Below, piece by piece: positions 53,374 through 64,000 of a stretch of DNA of 64,000 nt; positions within the stretch are counted from its first letter, which is position 1; each line of letters opens with the position of its first letter. Location of the stretch: contig OZ240241.1 in assembly GCA_965198115.1 (NCBI GenBank), positions 832,001-896,000 of the forward strand, in the 5' to 3' direction. This stretch comes from Candidatus Latescibacterota bacterium (lineage in GTDB: Bacteria > Latescibacterota > UBA2968). A model generated the notes under the pieces. It saw nothing but the letters and a program-made list of their open reading frames with translations, did no database searches and was not told the DNA's origin. The translations under genes were made by a program, and so were the position numbers.

Positions 53374-54792
53374 GGCTCTATCCGGGTTTCTCAACGGTGA
53401 AACTATAGAATGACAAGGTCATAGATCGTTCCCTACGCTTGGTTGTGTGTGTAGGACAATCAAAGCGAAGGGGGTGCGACCTATGACCGGGAGCAGATTA
53501 CTATCGAAACTGCTGAGATTCAAGGGGTTCCGTGTTGTCAGCTGGTGGTTTGAGGGGAGAAGCTGTTTCGTCATCGCCGTAAAGCCACATAAGAATGGTT
53601 GTTGTTGTCCGGAGTGCGGCCGTCGAGGTAAAATCGTCCGCACAATGCCCCATCCGCGTCGGTGGCGTGACATTCCGGTGTGCGGGTGGAGGGTCTGGCT
53701 TCTCTACCATCCTCGGGAGATTCGGTGTCCTACCCACGGTCGTGTGGTCAGGAGATTCCGTGGGCGGAGCGGTTCTCTCGGGTGACGTATCGCTTCGAGT
53801 ATGCCATGCTGCGCTACTGCCAGACCATGACGCAGAAGGCGGCGTCCGAGTTACTGCGCATCTCTGCCTCGACGCTGTCGGATCTCCTTCACCGATCCAT
53901 CACGCGGCTTCGTGAAGGTCATCGTATCCGAGGGCTCAAAACCATCGGGATCGACGAGATCTCCTACGCCAAGCGTCACAGGTACGCCACGCTCGTTTAC
54001 GATCTGGACCGCTCCTGCGTGGTGTGGGTTGGCCGCGGCAGGGCGCGTAAAACGATCGATCGGTTCTTCACAGAGGCTCTCAGTCCCTACCGGAGATCCA
54101 AGATCGAGTGGGCCTGCTGCGACATGAGCGAAGCTTACATCGGAGCCATCCAGGAACACTGTCCGAATGCCAAGCTGGTCCTCGATCGCTTTCACATCGT
54201 CAAGGCTCTCAATGCCGCCGTTGACGAGGTCCGTAAGGACCAGTGGCGTAAAGCTGCCCCGGATGAGCGCAAAGCCATGAAGGGTCTCCGATGGCTCCTC
54301 TACCGGCACTCAGCGACACGCTCCAGAGGGGATACTCGGACACTCAAAGCACTGGAGAAGGCGAACTACCGAATCTATAGAGCCTGGAGACTCAAGGACG
54401 AGTTCGAGCAGTTCTGGGAATACAAAGCGCCCTGGGCTGCCGAACGCTTCCTGAAATGCTGGACGACGTCCGCACTCAGAAGTCGACTTGAACCCCTGCG
54501 AAAGTTCGTCAGGACCCTGCGACAGCACTTCTTCGGCGTCCTCGCATTCGTGAACACGCGTCTTACCAACGCCATCGCCGAAGGCCTCAACCGAATCGTC
54601 CAAATCGTCAAGAACCGAGCCAGCGGATTCCGCACACTCGACGCATTCAACGATATGATCTTCCTTACCGTCGGAGACATAAACATCCCTGAGCAGATTC
54701 CGAAGAGGTTCCGCACACTCTAACCGCGCCCCCATGCCAGGAACCACGGCACCTTCACCCACTTCATCTCGTTGAGAGATCCGGATATAGCC
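53374..54792 (+). mobile_element. ISL3 copy 5 (same 1-nt deletion as copy 4; no TSD)
   Basis: 1419 bp; flanks TTAAATGT and TAAAATAA do not match. Confidence 0.93.
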
Positions 54793-54807
54793 TAAAATAA
54801 ATATACT

Positions 54808-56181
54808 GAGTTCAGGTCAATAGGTGTGTAAAAGAAATCAGGCGGCCATCTTCCCGGCTTCGACCTGCGGTTCGGTTGAGTGTTTCTGATCGTAGACTTG
54901 TTGTAGCAAGTGTGGCGCGGTGAGTTTCCTGAATCGGCTCTCTGCGACCTTGAGCGTACGCCAGATGAGAGTCGTGGCGTTCCTGACTTTCTTGAATCGC
55001 CTGGCGGCGTTTGTGCGAAGCCGAACGGAAGCAAAGGGGCTCTCGACGACGTTCGTGGTTCTCAGGTGTTTCCAGTGTTCCTTCGGGAAGTCGTAGAACG
55101 TGACCATCCGATCCCAGTTTCTTTCGAGCGTCTCCACGGCGGCAGGGAACTGTGAGCGATACCGTGCGGCAAAGCGTTTCCGGAGCTTCTCGGCCTCCTT
55201 TTTCGTGCCGGCATAGGGGATCTGGACGAGCAGTGCGCGGGCTTCAGCCTGTGCACGCTTGGCGACCTTGTCGAGCACGTTGAGGATCTTGTGGTTCCAG
55301 CACCGTTGTTGCCGGCTCTCTGGCCAGACCTGATCAACGGCCGCCCAGATGCCCATATTCCCGTCCGCGGCGATCAGGACAGGATGTTCGAGCCCGCGAT
55401 CCCGGAGATCCCGTAGCACCGTGAGCCAGGATTCTGTAGACTCTCGATAACCGGGTTCTATCGCCAGGATCTCCTTGCTGCCGTCGCTCATCGCGCCGAT
55501 CACGACCAGCAGACACGCCTTCTCGCGCTCGAGCCCGGCTTTGACGTAGATGCCATCAGCCCAGGCGTAGACCAGTTCGCGATTATCCAGACGCCTTTCT
55601 TTCCAGTCCTGGAAGTCGACCTCCCACTTCCCTCGAAGACGAGCGATCGAGGTCGGCGAAAGCGGCGCGCCATCACCGAGCAGCGCACGCAAAGACAACT
55701 CGAAGTCGCCCTGGGAGAGACCGTGGAGATAAAGGTCGGGAAGCAGATCTCCAATGGCCCTGGTTCTCCGGGCGAACAGGGGGAGGATGCGGCTTTCAAA
55801 CCGCTCTTCCAGACCACGAACCCGGGGACGCCGGACCTTGATCGTTCCGCAGCTCGTCGAGAGACGCCGGGGCTTGCCGTAGCCGTTCCTGTAGCCCGTG
55901 GAGCTATCGACCTCGGCTCGGCGCTCATACCACGACCGGCCCAAGAACGCGGTCGCCTCCTCCTCCAGAATGGACTGGAACCGGCCCTGGATCTCTTCAC
56001 GGATCCAATCGTCAACCGTCTCCCACGTCGGCATGGACTTCAATGGGGCTCTATGCGTATGTTCCTTCACGGCGATCCTCCTTCCCAACCGGGCCTCTCA
56101 CCCGGTTTTGTGTGAATCAACTATCTCACGGGAAGGGTAGGGTCGCCCTTTCTCTTTTTCCACACCTTTTGATTATAGCTC
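54808..56181 (-). mobile_element. IS256-family IS with intact transposase (54838-56070)
   Basis: YRNGY, WADGIY, AADG, QRCWNHK, LRTTNVVES; imperfect IRs GAGTTCAGGTCAATAGGTGTG / GAGCTATAATCAAAAGGTGTG. Confidence 0.9.
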
Positions 56182-56315
56182 ATGGTCCCGGAAAGATGCG
56201 CATGGGTTGCCTAGCAATATTCCGATCGTTCTTGCCGAGTAGGTCTACGAATTTCCGTTCTGAAAAGGAGCTATAATCAAAAGGTGTGGAAAAAGAGAAA
56301 GGGCGACCCTACTGA

Positions 56316-56519
56316 GTGAGGCGACGCGTGCAGTATCGGTTGGCGATTGCCGCGAACCAACCCAGGGGGGTGTTCCGGAAGGCGGTTGACGATGCCGGGC
56401 TGCTGGACCCGTTCGACGTCGTGGGCATAAGCGAAGAGATGGGCCTGGCCAAGCCGGATCCAGCGTTCTTCGAAGCGATTCTGACGACGCCGAAACGAAG
56501 GCCTATCTGGACAGCCTGA
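56316..56519 (+). pseudogene. HAD hydrolase C-terminal fragment
   Basis: LAIAANQP..FDVVGISEEMGLAKPDPAFF; the 5' end is replaced by an IS256 left-end copy (56268-56312). Confidence 0.6.
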
Positions 56520-56670
56520 AGCTGGCACCCTCGAGGGGGCCTGGGAAAGCGAATTTAGACGTGTCAGCCGACGTAGTGGTGACGTCGTTGACCGATCTGC
56601 CAGGAAAAATCGCTCGATTGAAACAAGAGCTATAAACAATGGTTAAACAATAAGTTATGAAATACGTCTT

Positions 56671-56694
56671 AAAAGTGGCCTCGGGGCCACTTTT
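56671..56694. repeat. palindrome AAAAGTGGCCTCGGGGCCACTTTT
   Basis: One mismatch relative to 23503-23526. Confidence 0.85.
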
Positions 56695-56792
56695 TCAATG
56701 AAGAAGAGCGAACGAGGGCCTCTCCTGAACACTCTTTTCGCGGCTGGACTGGCAGCCGAGGGCGCGAAGCGAGCAGTGAGGCAACAGGAACC

Positions 56793-58247
56793 CTACACCC
56801 CAATCTCAGGCCGCCGATCCCAGGGCCGCGCCTTCTCGATGGCGGCGGAAGCAGCGAGGACCGTCAGTTCGTCCTCGAGGCGGGCGACGATCTGGAAGCC
56901 GATGGGCAGTCCGTCGGGGGAGAAGCCGCAGGGCACGCTCGCGGCAGGATTGCCGGTCAGGTTGAAGGCCGGGGTGAACGGGATGAAGCCCCACCTCGTG
57001 CGCGCGATGCTTCGTCCGGCTATCACGGTCGGAGGCTGCTCGATCGGAAACGCAGGGACGGCCGTCGTCGGGCAGAGGAGGAGGTCGATGTCGGCGAAGA
57101 AACGCTCCGTGTAGGCCCGGTAGCGGCCGATCGCATTGAGCGTGTGCAGGTAGTCCCCCATCCTTTCGCGTCCGTGCTCGAGGTCTTCGCGGAAGTAATC
57201 GGTCAGCTGTTCGGCGGAGGTGGAGTTGTCGATCAGCTCACCGTGCGCCGCGAAGCCCTTGATGCAGAAGAAGTCGAAGAAGCGGTCCATCAGGGCGTCG
57301 TTGCTCTCGTCGGGACAGAAATCCCGCTCTTCGACGTGCGCGCCCAGCTCTTCGAAAGCCGATGCGGCAGCACGGACGGCGGCGACCACGTCGGGATCGG
57401 TCGGAGCGCCCCCCTGGTCGACGCTCAGCGCGATTCGGAGGTCTTTGACGCCGCGATCGAGGCTGCTCGTGAAATCGGGAGGAGTATGAGGCAGGGTCGT
57501 CGACTCGGCGTCGGACGCGGGACCGGCGAGGACATTCATCATCAGTGCGGCGTCCTGGACGGTCCAGGTCATCGGCCCGACAGAGGAGTTGTTGACGGGA
57601 TGCCACGAGTGTTCGCTCGACCATCGGCGGGGGATGCGTCCCTGGGAAGCCTTGATACCGTAGATGCCGCTGAAGCCCGAGGGAATGCGAATCGATCCGC
57701 CACCGTCGCTGCCCTGGGCGATGGAGGTCATTCCTGCCGCGACGGATACGGCCGCGCCTCCGCTAGAGCCCCCCGGCGTGCGCTCTGGATTCCACGGGTT
57801 GCGCGCCGGTCCGAACACGCGATTCTCCGTCGTGCCAGCGTGCCCATACTCAGGCGTGTTCGTCTTCCCGATGATAATGGCGCCCGCCTCGCGAAGACGC
57901 TCAGTGCAGAGAGCGTCTGAGTCAGCGATCTCGTCATCGGGGATGCACCCGTGCGTGAGGCGAACGCCCTTGACGCCTTCGAGGTCCTTGATCGGGACGG
58001 GGATTCCGTGCAGGGGTCCGAGGTCACTGCCCCGGGTGACGGCAGCTTCGGCCTCGCGGGCAGCGGCCATCGCTTCGTCCGCCATCACGGTGATGTAGCC
58101 GCCAAGACCTTCGTCCACGGCCTCGATGCGTCCGAGCGTCGCCACGGTCAGTTCGACGGGGGAAAGTTCTTTCGCGCCGATCATTCGACGTAGTTCCGTC
58201 GCCGGCGTGTATCCAGGAACAGTGGGATTGTATTGACTGTTGCTCAT
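56793..58247 (-). CDS. amidase signature family protein
   Basis: GPLHGIPVPIKD, GKTNTPE, GGSSGG, GSDGGGSIRIP. Confidence 0.93.
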   Translation of the reverse strand: MSNSQYNPTVPGYTPATELRRMIGAKELSPVELTVATLGRIEAVDEGLGGYITVMADEAMAAAREAEAAVTRGSDLGPLHGIPVPIKDLEGVKGVRLTHGCIPDDEIADSDALCTERLREAGAIIIGKTNTPEYGHAGTTENRVFGPARNPWNPERTPGGSSGGAAVSVAAGMTSIAQGSDGGGSIRIPSGFSGIYGIKASQGRIPRRWSSEHSWHPVNNSSVGPMTWTVQDAALMMNVLAGPASDAESTTLPHTPPDFTSSLDRGVKDLRIALSVDQGGAPTDPDVVAAVRAAASAFEELGAHVEERDFCPDESNDALMDRFFDFFCIKGFAAHGELIDNSTSAEQLTDYFREDLEHGRERMGDYLHTLNAIGRYRAYTERFFADIDLLLCPTTAVPAFPIEQPPTVIAGRSIARTRWGFIPFTPAFNLTGNPAASVPCGFSPDGLPIGFQIVARLEDELTVLAASAAIEKARPWDRRPEIGV

Positions 58248-58497
58248 CAGTTGGTTAGCGGCGGACGATGGCGCCGCTCACCCTGAGCGACCTCTTTTTC
58301 GATCCTGCGGGCGCAGCCGATCGGAGATAACAGCGCAGGTTGTATCGAAGAGCCTGCCCTGAGCGGAGTCGAAGGGGCGAGCGGCACGCTGATCAAACCC
58401 CAGGTCTGACCAGTCATTTTCCTTCGTGTCTTCGCGTCTTCGTGTTCAAGATTCCCCGGTGTTGCGACTAGTTCCCAAGCCTCTTCGGTAGAAGGGT

Positions 58498-59502
58498 TCA
58501 ACCCTTCGGCCGCCCAATCACCGGATACATCGGATCATTCCATCCCCATCCCGTATGCTCCCCGGGTGGGACGAGTTCATCGACTTTTTCGACCGCTTCA
58601 TTGCTCATCTCCCAACCGAGACAGCCGAGGTTGTCGGCGTACTGCTCCATCGTGCGGGGTCCGACGATTGCGGAGGTGACGATGGGATTGCCGAGCACCC
58701 AATTGAGGCTTAACTGGGTCAGCGTTTTTCCGTGCGCGTCGGCGAGGGGCTTGAGGGCCTGGGCGACTTCGAAGCTTTCGTCGCGGAGCTCGGTGATGAG
58801 GATGCGACGATCCTTACGCGCGGCGCGCGAGCCCTCGGGCGGGTCCTGGCCGACGAGATACTTGCCGGCGAGGACGCCACGGGCGAGGGGGCTGTAGATC
58901 ATCGTGCCGACGCCGAACTTTTCGCACGCGGGGAAGAGGTCGACCTCGGGGTCACGGTTGACGATGTTGTAGAGCGGCTGGACAACCGACATCGGCGAGT
59001 AGCCTCGTTTGTCGGCAATCCAGAGTGCTTCCGTCAGTTGGTGACCGTAAAAGTTCGAGCAGCCGGGATACCGGATTTTGCCCTGGGTGGCGAGGTCGTC
59101 GAGCGCGCGCAACGTTTCTTCCAGCGGGCAGTCGTAGACCGCGCGATGCAGCATATAGATGTCGATGTAGTCGGTGTCGAGACGGCGAAGGCTGTTCTCG
59201 ACCTCATTCATTATATGATAGCGACTCAGCCCGCTGTCGTTGATGCCCTCCCCGCGAGGCCCGTTGACCTTCGTGACGACCACGACCTTGTCGCGCTTGT
59301 TTTTGATGGCTTTTCCGAGTATACGCTCGGCTTCGCCGTCATTATATACATTGGCCGTGTCGATGAAGTTGATGCCGTCGTCGTAGGCGCGGTCGATGAT
59401 CTCGATCGAGTCCGGCTCGCTCGTGGGATTGCCGAACATCATCGTTCCCAGACACAGTCGTGAGACCTTCACCCCGTTGCGCCCGAGGGTTGCGTATTCC
59501 AT
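58498..59502 (-). CDS. aldo/keto reductase
   Basis: LCLGTMMFG, FIDTANVY, SLRRLDTDYID, GKIRY, YSPLARG. Confidence 0.93.
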   Translation of the reverse strand: MEYATLGRNGVKVSRLCLGTMMFGNPTSEPDSIEIIDRAYDDGINFIDTANVYNDGEAERILGKAIKNKRDKVVVVTKVNGPRGEGINDSGLSRYHIMNEVENSLRRLDTDYIDIYMLHRAVYDCPLEETLRALDDLATQGKIRYPGCSNFYGHQLTEALWIADKRGYSPMSVVQPLYNIVNRDPEVDLFPACEKFGVGTMIYSPLARGVLAGKYLVGQDPPEGSRAARKDRRILITELRDESFEVAQALKPLADAHGKTLTQLSLNWVLGNPIVTSAIVGPRTMEQYADNLGCLGWEMSNEAVEKVDELVPPGEHTGWGWNDPMYPVIGRPKG

Positions 59503-59762
59503 TGACTCCTCCGTTCGGTTGCGTGATGGCACATAATAGTGCCAGCTGTTTTGACCCGCAAGGTTTCGAGCAGGCGAAGGTGCGAGAAACCTGAGCGGGA
59601 GAGCGGGAGAGGAGAGAGCGGGGGAGGCAACAGTTTTGCGACTGCTCATCAATCGAACGCTGATGGATGAGCGACGGGCGTCTCCTCTCCCCGTCCCCCG
59701 CTCTCCCCGTCTCCCGTTCAGCCATTCTTGTCCTGATGGCTGAGGTGTCTTCGAGGTCTCAT

Positions 59763-61069
59763 ATGACAACTCCCAACATCCTCTTGATCATCACCGACCA
59801 GCAGCGATGGGACGCCCTGAGCTGCGTCAGCGACTGGGTGCGAACCCCGAATATGGATCGTCTCGCCGCCGAAGGCGTTCAGTTCTCGAATTGCATCACG
59901 AATTCGCCCGTTTGCGTGCCGACGCGACGATCGCTCGCGACCGGTTTGTATCCTCACAACACGGGGGTCTGGAACAACGGAGACTTCGGACTGGAGCCGG
60001 ACGCGCCGTGCTGGATGCGGGAGATCCGGAATGCAGGGTATCGAACGAGTTTGTTCGGGAAGACGCATCTCAACCGACATCAGGGTGACCTGCGGGAAGT
60101 GGAGCACGTTCTACGCGCACAGGGGATCGATGACATCAACGAGACCGTCGGTCCGCGGGCCTGTGCGCGAACGTTGTCGCATATGACGGCGGAATGGGAC
60201 GAATTGGGGTTGTGGGACGCCTATAAGGCCGACTTTGAAGAGCGTTTCTCGAACGTACCCTGGGTGGTGCGTCCCACGGTGTTGACGCGGGAACATTACT
60301 ATGACACCTACGTCGGGCAACACGCGAAGGGATATCTCGAGAGCTATGAGCGTGATCAACCCTGGTTCTGTTGGGTCAGCTTCGGGGGGCCGCACGAGCC
60401 GTGGGATACGCCGGAGCCCTACGCGTCGATGTATGATCCTGGCGAGATGCCGCCCGTGCTGGATGGGGATTTGCGGGAGGGCGCACGGCCTTCGGGCGAA
60501 CTGGATGTGCGACGGGCCGAGGCAGGAAAGTGGACACCCGAGGAAGCGGCGGCGATGCGGGCGAACTATGCCGGCAACGTGACGCTGATCGATGATCAGC
60601 TGGGGCAGATCTTCTCGACGATCGAGGCGCGGGGCGAGTGGGATAACACGATGATCGTGCTGGCGTCCGACCACGGTGAGATGAACGGCGACTTCGGCCT
60701 CATTTATAAGAGCAACTTCCTGAACAGTGCGGCGAGGGTGCCGCTGCTCGCGAAGTCACCGGGCGTGGCAGGGGGGCGCACGTGCGATGCCTTCGTGGAA
60801 TGGTTCGACATTGGGCCGACCCTCGTCGAGGCTGCGGGCGGCGAGATCGGATACAAGCAACACGCGAAGACGCTGACCCCCTGCCTGTCAGACACGGGCC
60901 ATCGGATTCGCGACGAAGCGTTGTGTGAAATTTCTAACGAAGTGATGGTCGTGAACGAGAAATGGAAAATGGCCGTGAATCGCGAAGGACAACCTTACTT
61001 GCTCTTCGACCTCGAAAACGACCCCGACGAGTCGAAGAACCTCGCCGGCCTCGATGATTATTGCGAGGT
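59763..61069 (+). pseudogene. formylglycine-type sulfatase truncated at the C-terminus by IS3
   Basis: PNILLIITDQQR, CVPTRRSLATG (CxPxR), GKTH, SDHG, LFDLENDPDE. Confidence 0.85.
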
Positions 61070-62293
61070 TGACCTGCCCCCATCTATGTGTCCACATCCA
61101 GAGTTAGGATATGGCTGCGGTGAGCGGTTTGGTGACCGCTTCAGGTGCAGGTGGGCGATAGCCCAATGAGCTGTGTGGTCTGATGTGATTGTACTGCCAG
61201 CGCCACCACTTGGTCAACACCCTAGCCTCCTCCAAGGTCGTGAAGATCTCACCGTTGAGTAGCTCGTCTCTGAGCTTCCCGTTGAAGCTCTCGATGTATC
61301 CGTTCTCCCACGGGCTGCCCGGCTCGATGAACAAAGTTCCGACCTCCAACCTCGAGAGCCAGTCCCGAACCGCTTTGGCTACAAACTCCGGCCCGTTATC
61401 CGATCTGATGTGTTTCGGGACACCATACCTCAGCATCAGCTTCGCCAACGTCCGCAGAACGTCCCGTGATGTTTGCTTGCGAGCGACCTCGATGGTCAGG
61501 CACTCACGCGTGTATTCATCCACGACTGTCAGGAACTTCAACGGCCTCCCTTCACGTGTGCGATCGAACACGAAGTCGTAGGCCCAGACGTGGTTACGAT
61601 GCTCGGGTCTGAGTCTGATGCAGGAGCCGTCGTTGAGCCAAAGTCGACCCCGCTTCGGCTGCCTAGCGGGCACCTTCAGCCCCTCCTGACGCCAGATCCG
61701 CTCCACCCGCTTGTGGTTCACCCGCCAGCCATCGGTCCTAAGAAGAGCCGTGATTCGACGGTAGCCATAACGTCCATATTCGCTGGCCAGAGAGACGATG
61801 TTCGCGGTCAGGACGGTCTCGCCGTCCGCCACCTTGAGCGTGTATCGCTGGGTACGGCGCACCTGACCCAGCACACGGCACGCCCGACGCTCCGAGACAG
61901 CCAGGGCCTCACGCACGTGCCCGACCGCCTTCCTTCGCCGCGTCGGGCTCAGAAGTTTCCCCGGGACACCTCCTTGAGAATCGAGATATCCAGGGCCTGG
62001 TCGGCCACAAGACGTTTCAGACGCCCGTTCTCTTGCTCCAGCTCCTTCAGCCGGCGGACCTGGTCGACCTCCATACCGCCGTATTCCTTGCGCCACCGGT
62101 AATAGGTCTGTTCGCTGACGCCAAGCTCACGCGAGACCTCGCCGACCGTCTTGCCTTACGATATACGAATCTCTGCCTGACGGAGATGTCCGATGATCTG
62201 CTCCGCTGTGTATCGCTTCCTGGCCATTCGGCCCCCTTTCTATGTTCCGATATCCTAACTTTAGGAATGGGAACAATCCAGGGGGGCAGGTCA
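61070..62293 (-). mobile_element. IS3-family IS; orfA has an internal TAA, orfB DDE intact
   Basis: TG...CA ends with IR TGACCTGCCCC; orfA 62227-61949 with TAA at codon 24; GGGAAAC slippery site; WAYDF, SDNGPEF, IESFNG. Confidence 0.93.
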
Positions 62294-64000
62294 GAAAGCG
62301 AAGAGGATCTCGACGGCGTCGCGTATGCGCTTTTCGAGGAGTTCGACAACCTTGGATTCGGGCTATACCGGGCGACGACCATCATCGCGGATAGAGAGAC
62401 GATGAAACGGAGAGCGTGGTTTGCCCTAACTGGCTTGGTCGGTGGCGATCTGGATGGGGTGGAAACAGTCTACGCTAACAGATGGGTTGATTTGGCCGCC
62501 ATCGCCGCTTCGAATCCGCCCCAGAAGATTCGGCACGATGCGTGGATAGCTGGTAAAGAACGCTATCAGCGCGAACAGGTCGAGACGGGTCCGTTCCGCG
62601 AGATAGCCGAAGGTGAAGGGTTCAAGAGGGAGCGGCCGGATCTGGTGGCTGCCATCGATTGGGATCGGTTTCCACCCTCCTGGCATCAATGCACGCTCTA
62701 CCACAAGAACGGCTGGCTCACCCTGGTTTCGAAGGAGAAGCTCGACGATGACAACGTAGCGATCGGTCTGCGATTCGCGGATCTGTTCGAATTCGCCTAC
62801 GACCGGTTCAAGGAGCTGGACGCGAAGCAGAAGGCGAATCGCGAGCTGGCCGTCGAGGCGGCGTTGGAGAGGGTGCGAGGGCAAGCATTGGCAATGGAGG
62901 ACGAGGCGCACCTGACCGGCATCTCGCAGGCGATCTTCGAAGAACTGGAGGGCCTAAACTACGATCTCAGACGATCTGTGATCACGATCGGTGCCGGGGA
63001 TTTAGTGAAGAACTGGGCAACTCTCCGCGACGGCGGTGCGGTACGGTCTGGGCACTCGGCACGGCGTCTGGACGGAGGGATGCGGGAGGCAGTACCAGCG
63101 TTGGCGCGGGAGTCCCAACAGCGTCAGAAGGCCCGAGCCGACGGCCAGGCGTATCACGTCCTTGCGCTGACTGAAAGGGAGGCCCGCGACCGGATTGAGG
63201 CTATGAACCGGTTCGATCCGCAGGCCGACAACCTGCCCCAGACATTACCGCAAGGATCCGAACATCACCATAGTCTGTTCATAAGCAAGGGCAACCTGAG
63301 CCTCATTACGGCATCCGCTCTCGACGAGGCGGAGATCGACATCGGGATTCGATTCGCGAAACTGTTCGAGTTCGCTTACGACCGCTTCCTCGAGCTGGAC
63401 GCGAAGCAGAAGGCGAATCACGAGCTGGCCGTCGAGGCGGCACTCGAGCGCGTGCGCGGTCAGGCGCTGGCGATGGAGAGCGAAGAGGATCTCAATGGTG
63501 TCGCCTATGCACTGTTCGAGGAATTCGACGGGCTCGGCTTCGACCTTGTCCGAGCAACAACTGTGGTGTTCGACCTGGGAGAGAAAACCGCCCGTTCGTG
63601 GTCTGCATTTACTGGCTCTGTTGATGAAACCCTTCAGGGTGTAGAATCAGTCTGGGCCCGACCCAAGTACAGCATAGAAGGCTGGTTCTCGGGCGAAGGT
63701 GGTGGTGAAGACCAGGAGCGCTTTGACGCCTGGCAGTCTGGTGAGCGATACCTGCAACAGTTCAGGGATGATGTCTCCGAAATGATTGAGAGTGCCCGGG
63801 AGATCTTGAAGGCCGAGCGTCCGGATCTGGAATCAGCTTACAATTGGGACAATCACCCTCAATCCGAGCATCTCTGCACGCTCTTCAACGCGCACGGTCT
63901 GATCACCATCGTGACCGAAGAGGAGCTGGACGAAGAGATGATCTCCATCGGGCTCCGCTTTTCCGACCTGTTCAGCTTCGCCTACGACCGCTTTAGCGAG
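62294..64000 (+). pseudogene. 5'-truncated sensor protein with tandem ~190-200-aa GAF-like repeats (runs off window)
   Basis: An open frame starts at the IS3 end: ESEEDL.GVAYALFEEFD...RFA.LFEFAYDRF.ELDAKQKAN.ELAVEAALERVRGQALAME, repeated three times. Confidence 0.75.

Noticed and set aside
48134-54792. Composite transposon or inversion bounded by inverted ISL3 copies 4 and 5
   Set aside because: The dehydrogenase interrupted by copy 4 continues correctly on its inner side, and there is no shared outer TSD.
59580-59725. Structured ncRNA in the divergent AKR/sulfatase spacer
   Set aside because: Low-complexity purine- and pyrimidine-rich microrepeats; no recognisable RNA family motif.

Overview
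GC-rich bacterial chromosomal window. The gene repertoire (DUF6785-type membrane protein, LRR protein with a Ca-binding motif, several Gfo/Idh/MocA, PhyH, sulfatase) resembles Latescibacterota/Poribacteria-like organisms, but that assignment is only inference. 1-9.3 kb is a minus-strand amino-acid biosynthesis run (attenuator, ilvN-ilvC-leuA-leuC-leuD-leuB, ArsC-family gene, cimA, alaC, argJ). In it, cimA and alaC carry large internal deletions, no ilvB is present, and the ArsC-family gene has an in-frame TGA at the catalytic Cys with a downstream hairpin (candidate selenoprotein). 9.5-23.3 kb holds sucAB-lpdA, transporters, a frameshifted hybrid histidine kinase and two secreted-type repeat proteins. 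From 23.6 kb there is a decayed island starting at a tRNA-Ile(CAU) 3' fragment (att site). It contains a duplicated HTH gene, a DUF499-ATPase fragment, a serine resolvase and an orphan integron cassette with an attC site. An IS burst (five ISL3, several IS256, IS3, IS1595, ISAzo13) disrupts a PhyH dioxygenase, fliN, a Zn-dehydrogenase, a sulfatase and a multi-GAF sensor. A tRNA-Arg(ACG) and a catabolic oxidoreductase cluster are also present. Several single frameshifts may be sequencing or assembly errors. I found no complete, clearly novel multi-gene system; the strongest leads are the Sec-ArsC gene, the orphan attC cassette and the loss of three pyruvate-consuming enzymes.
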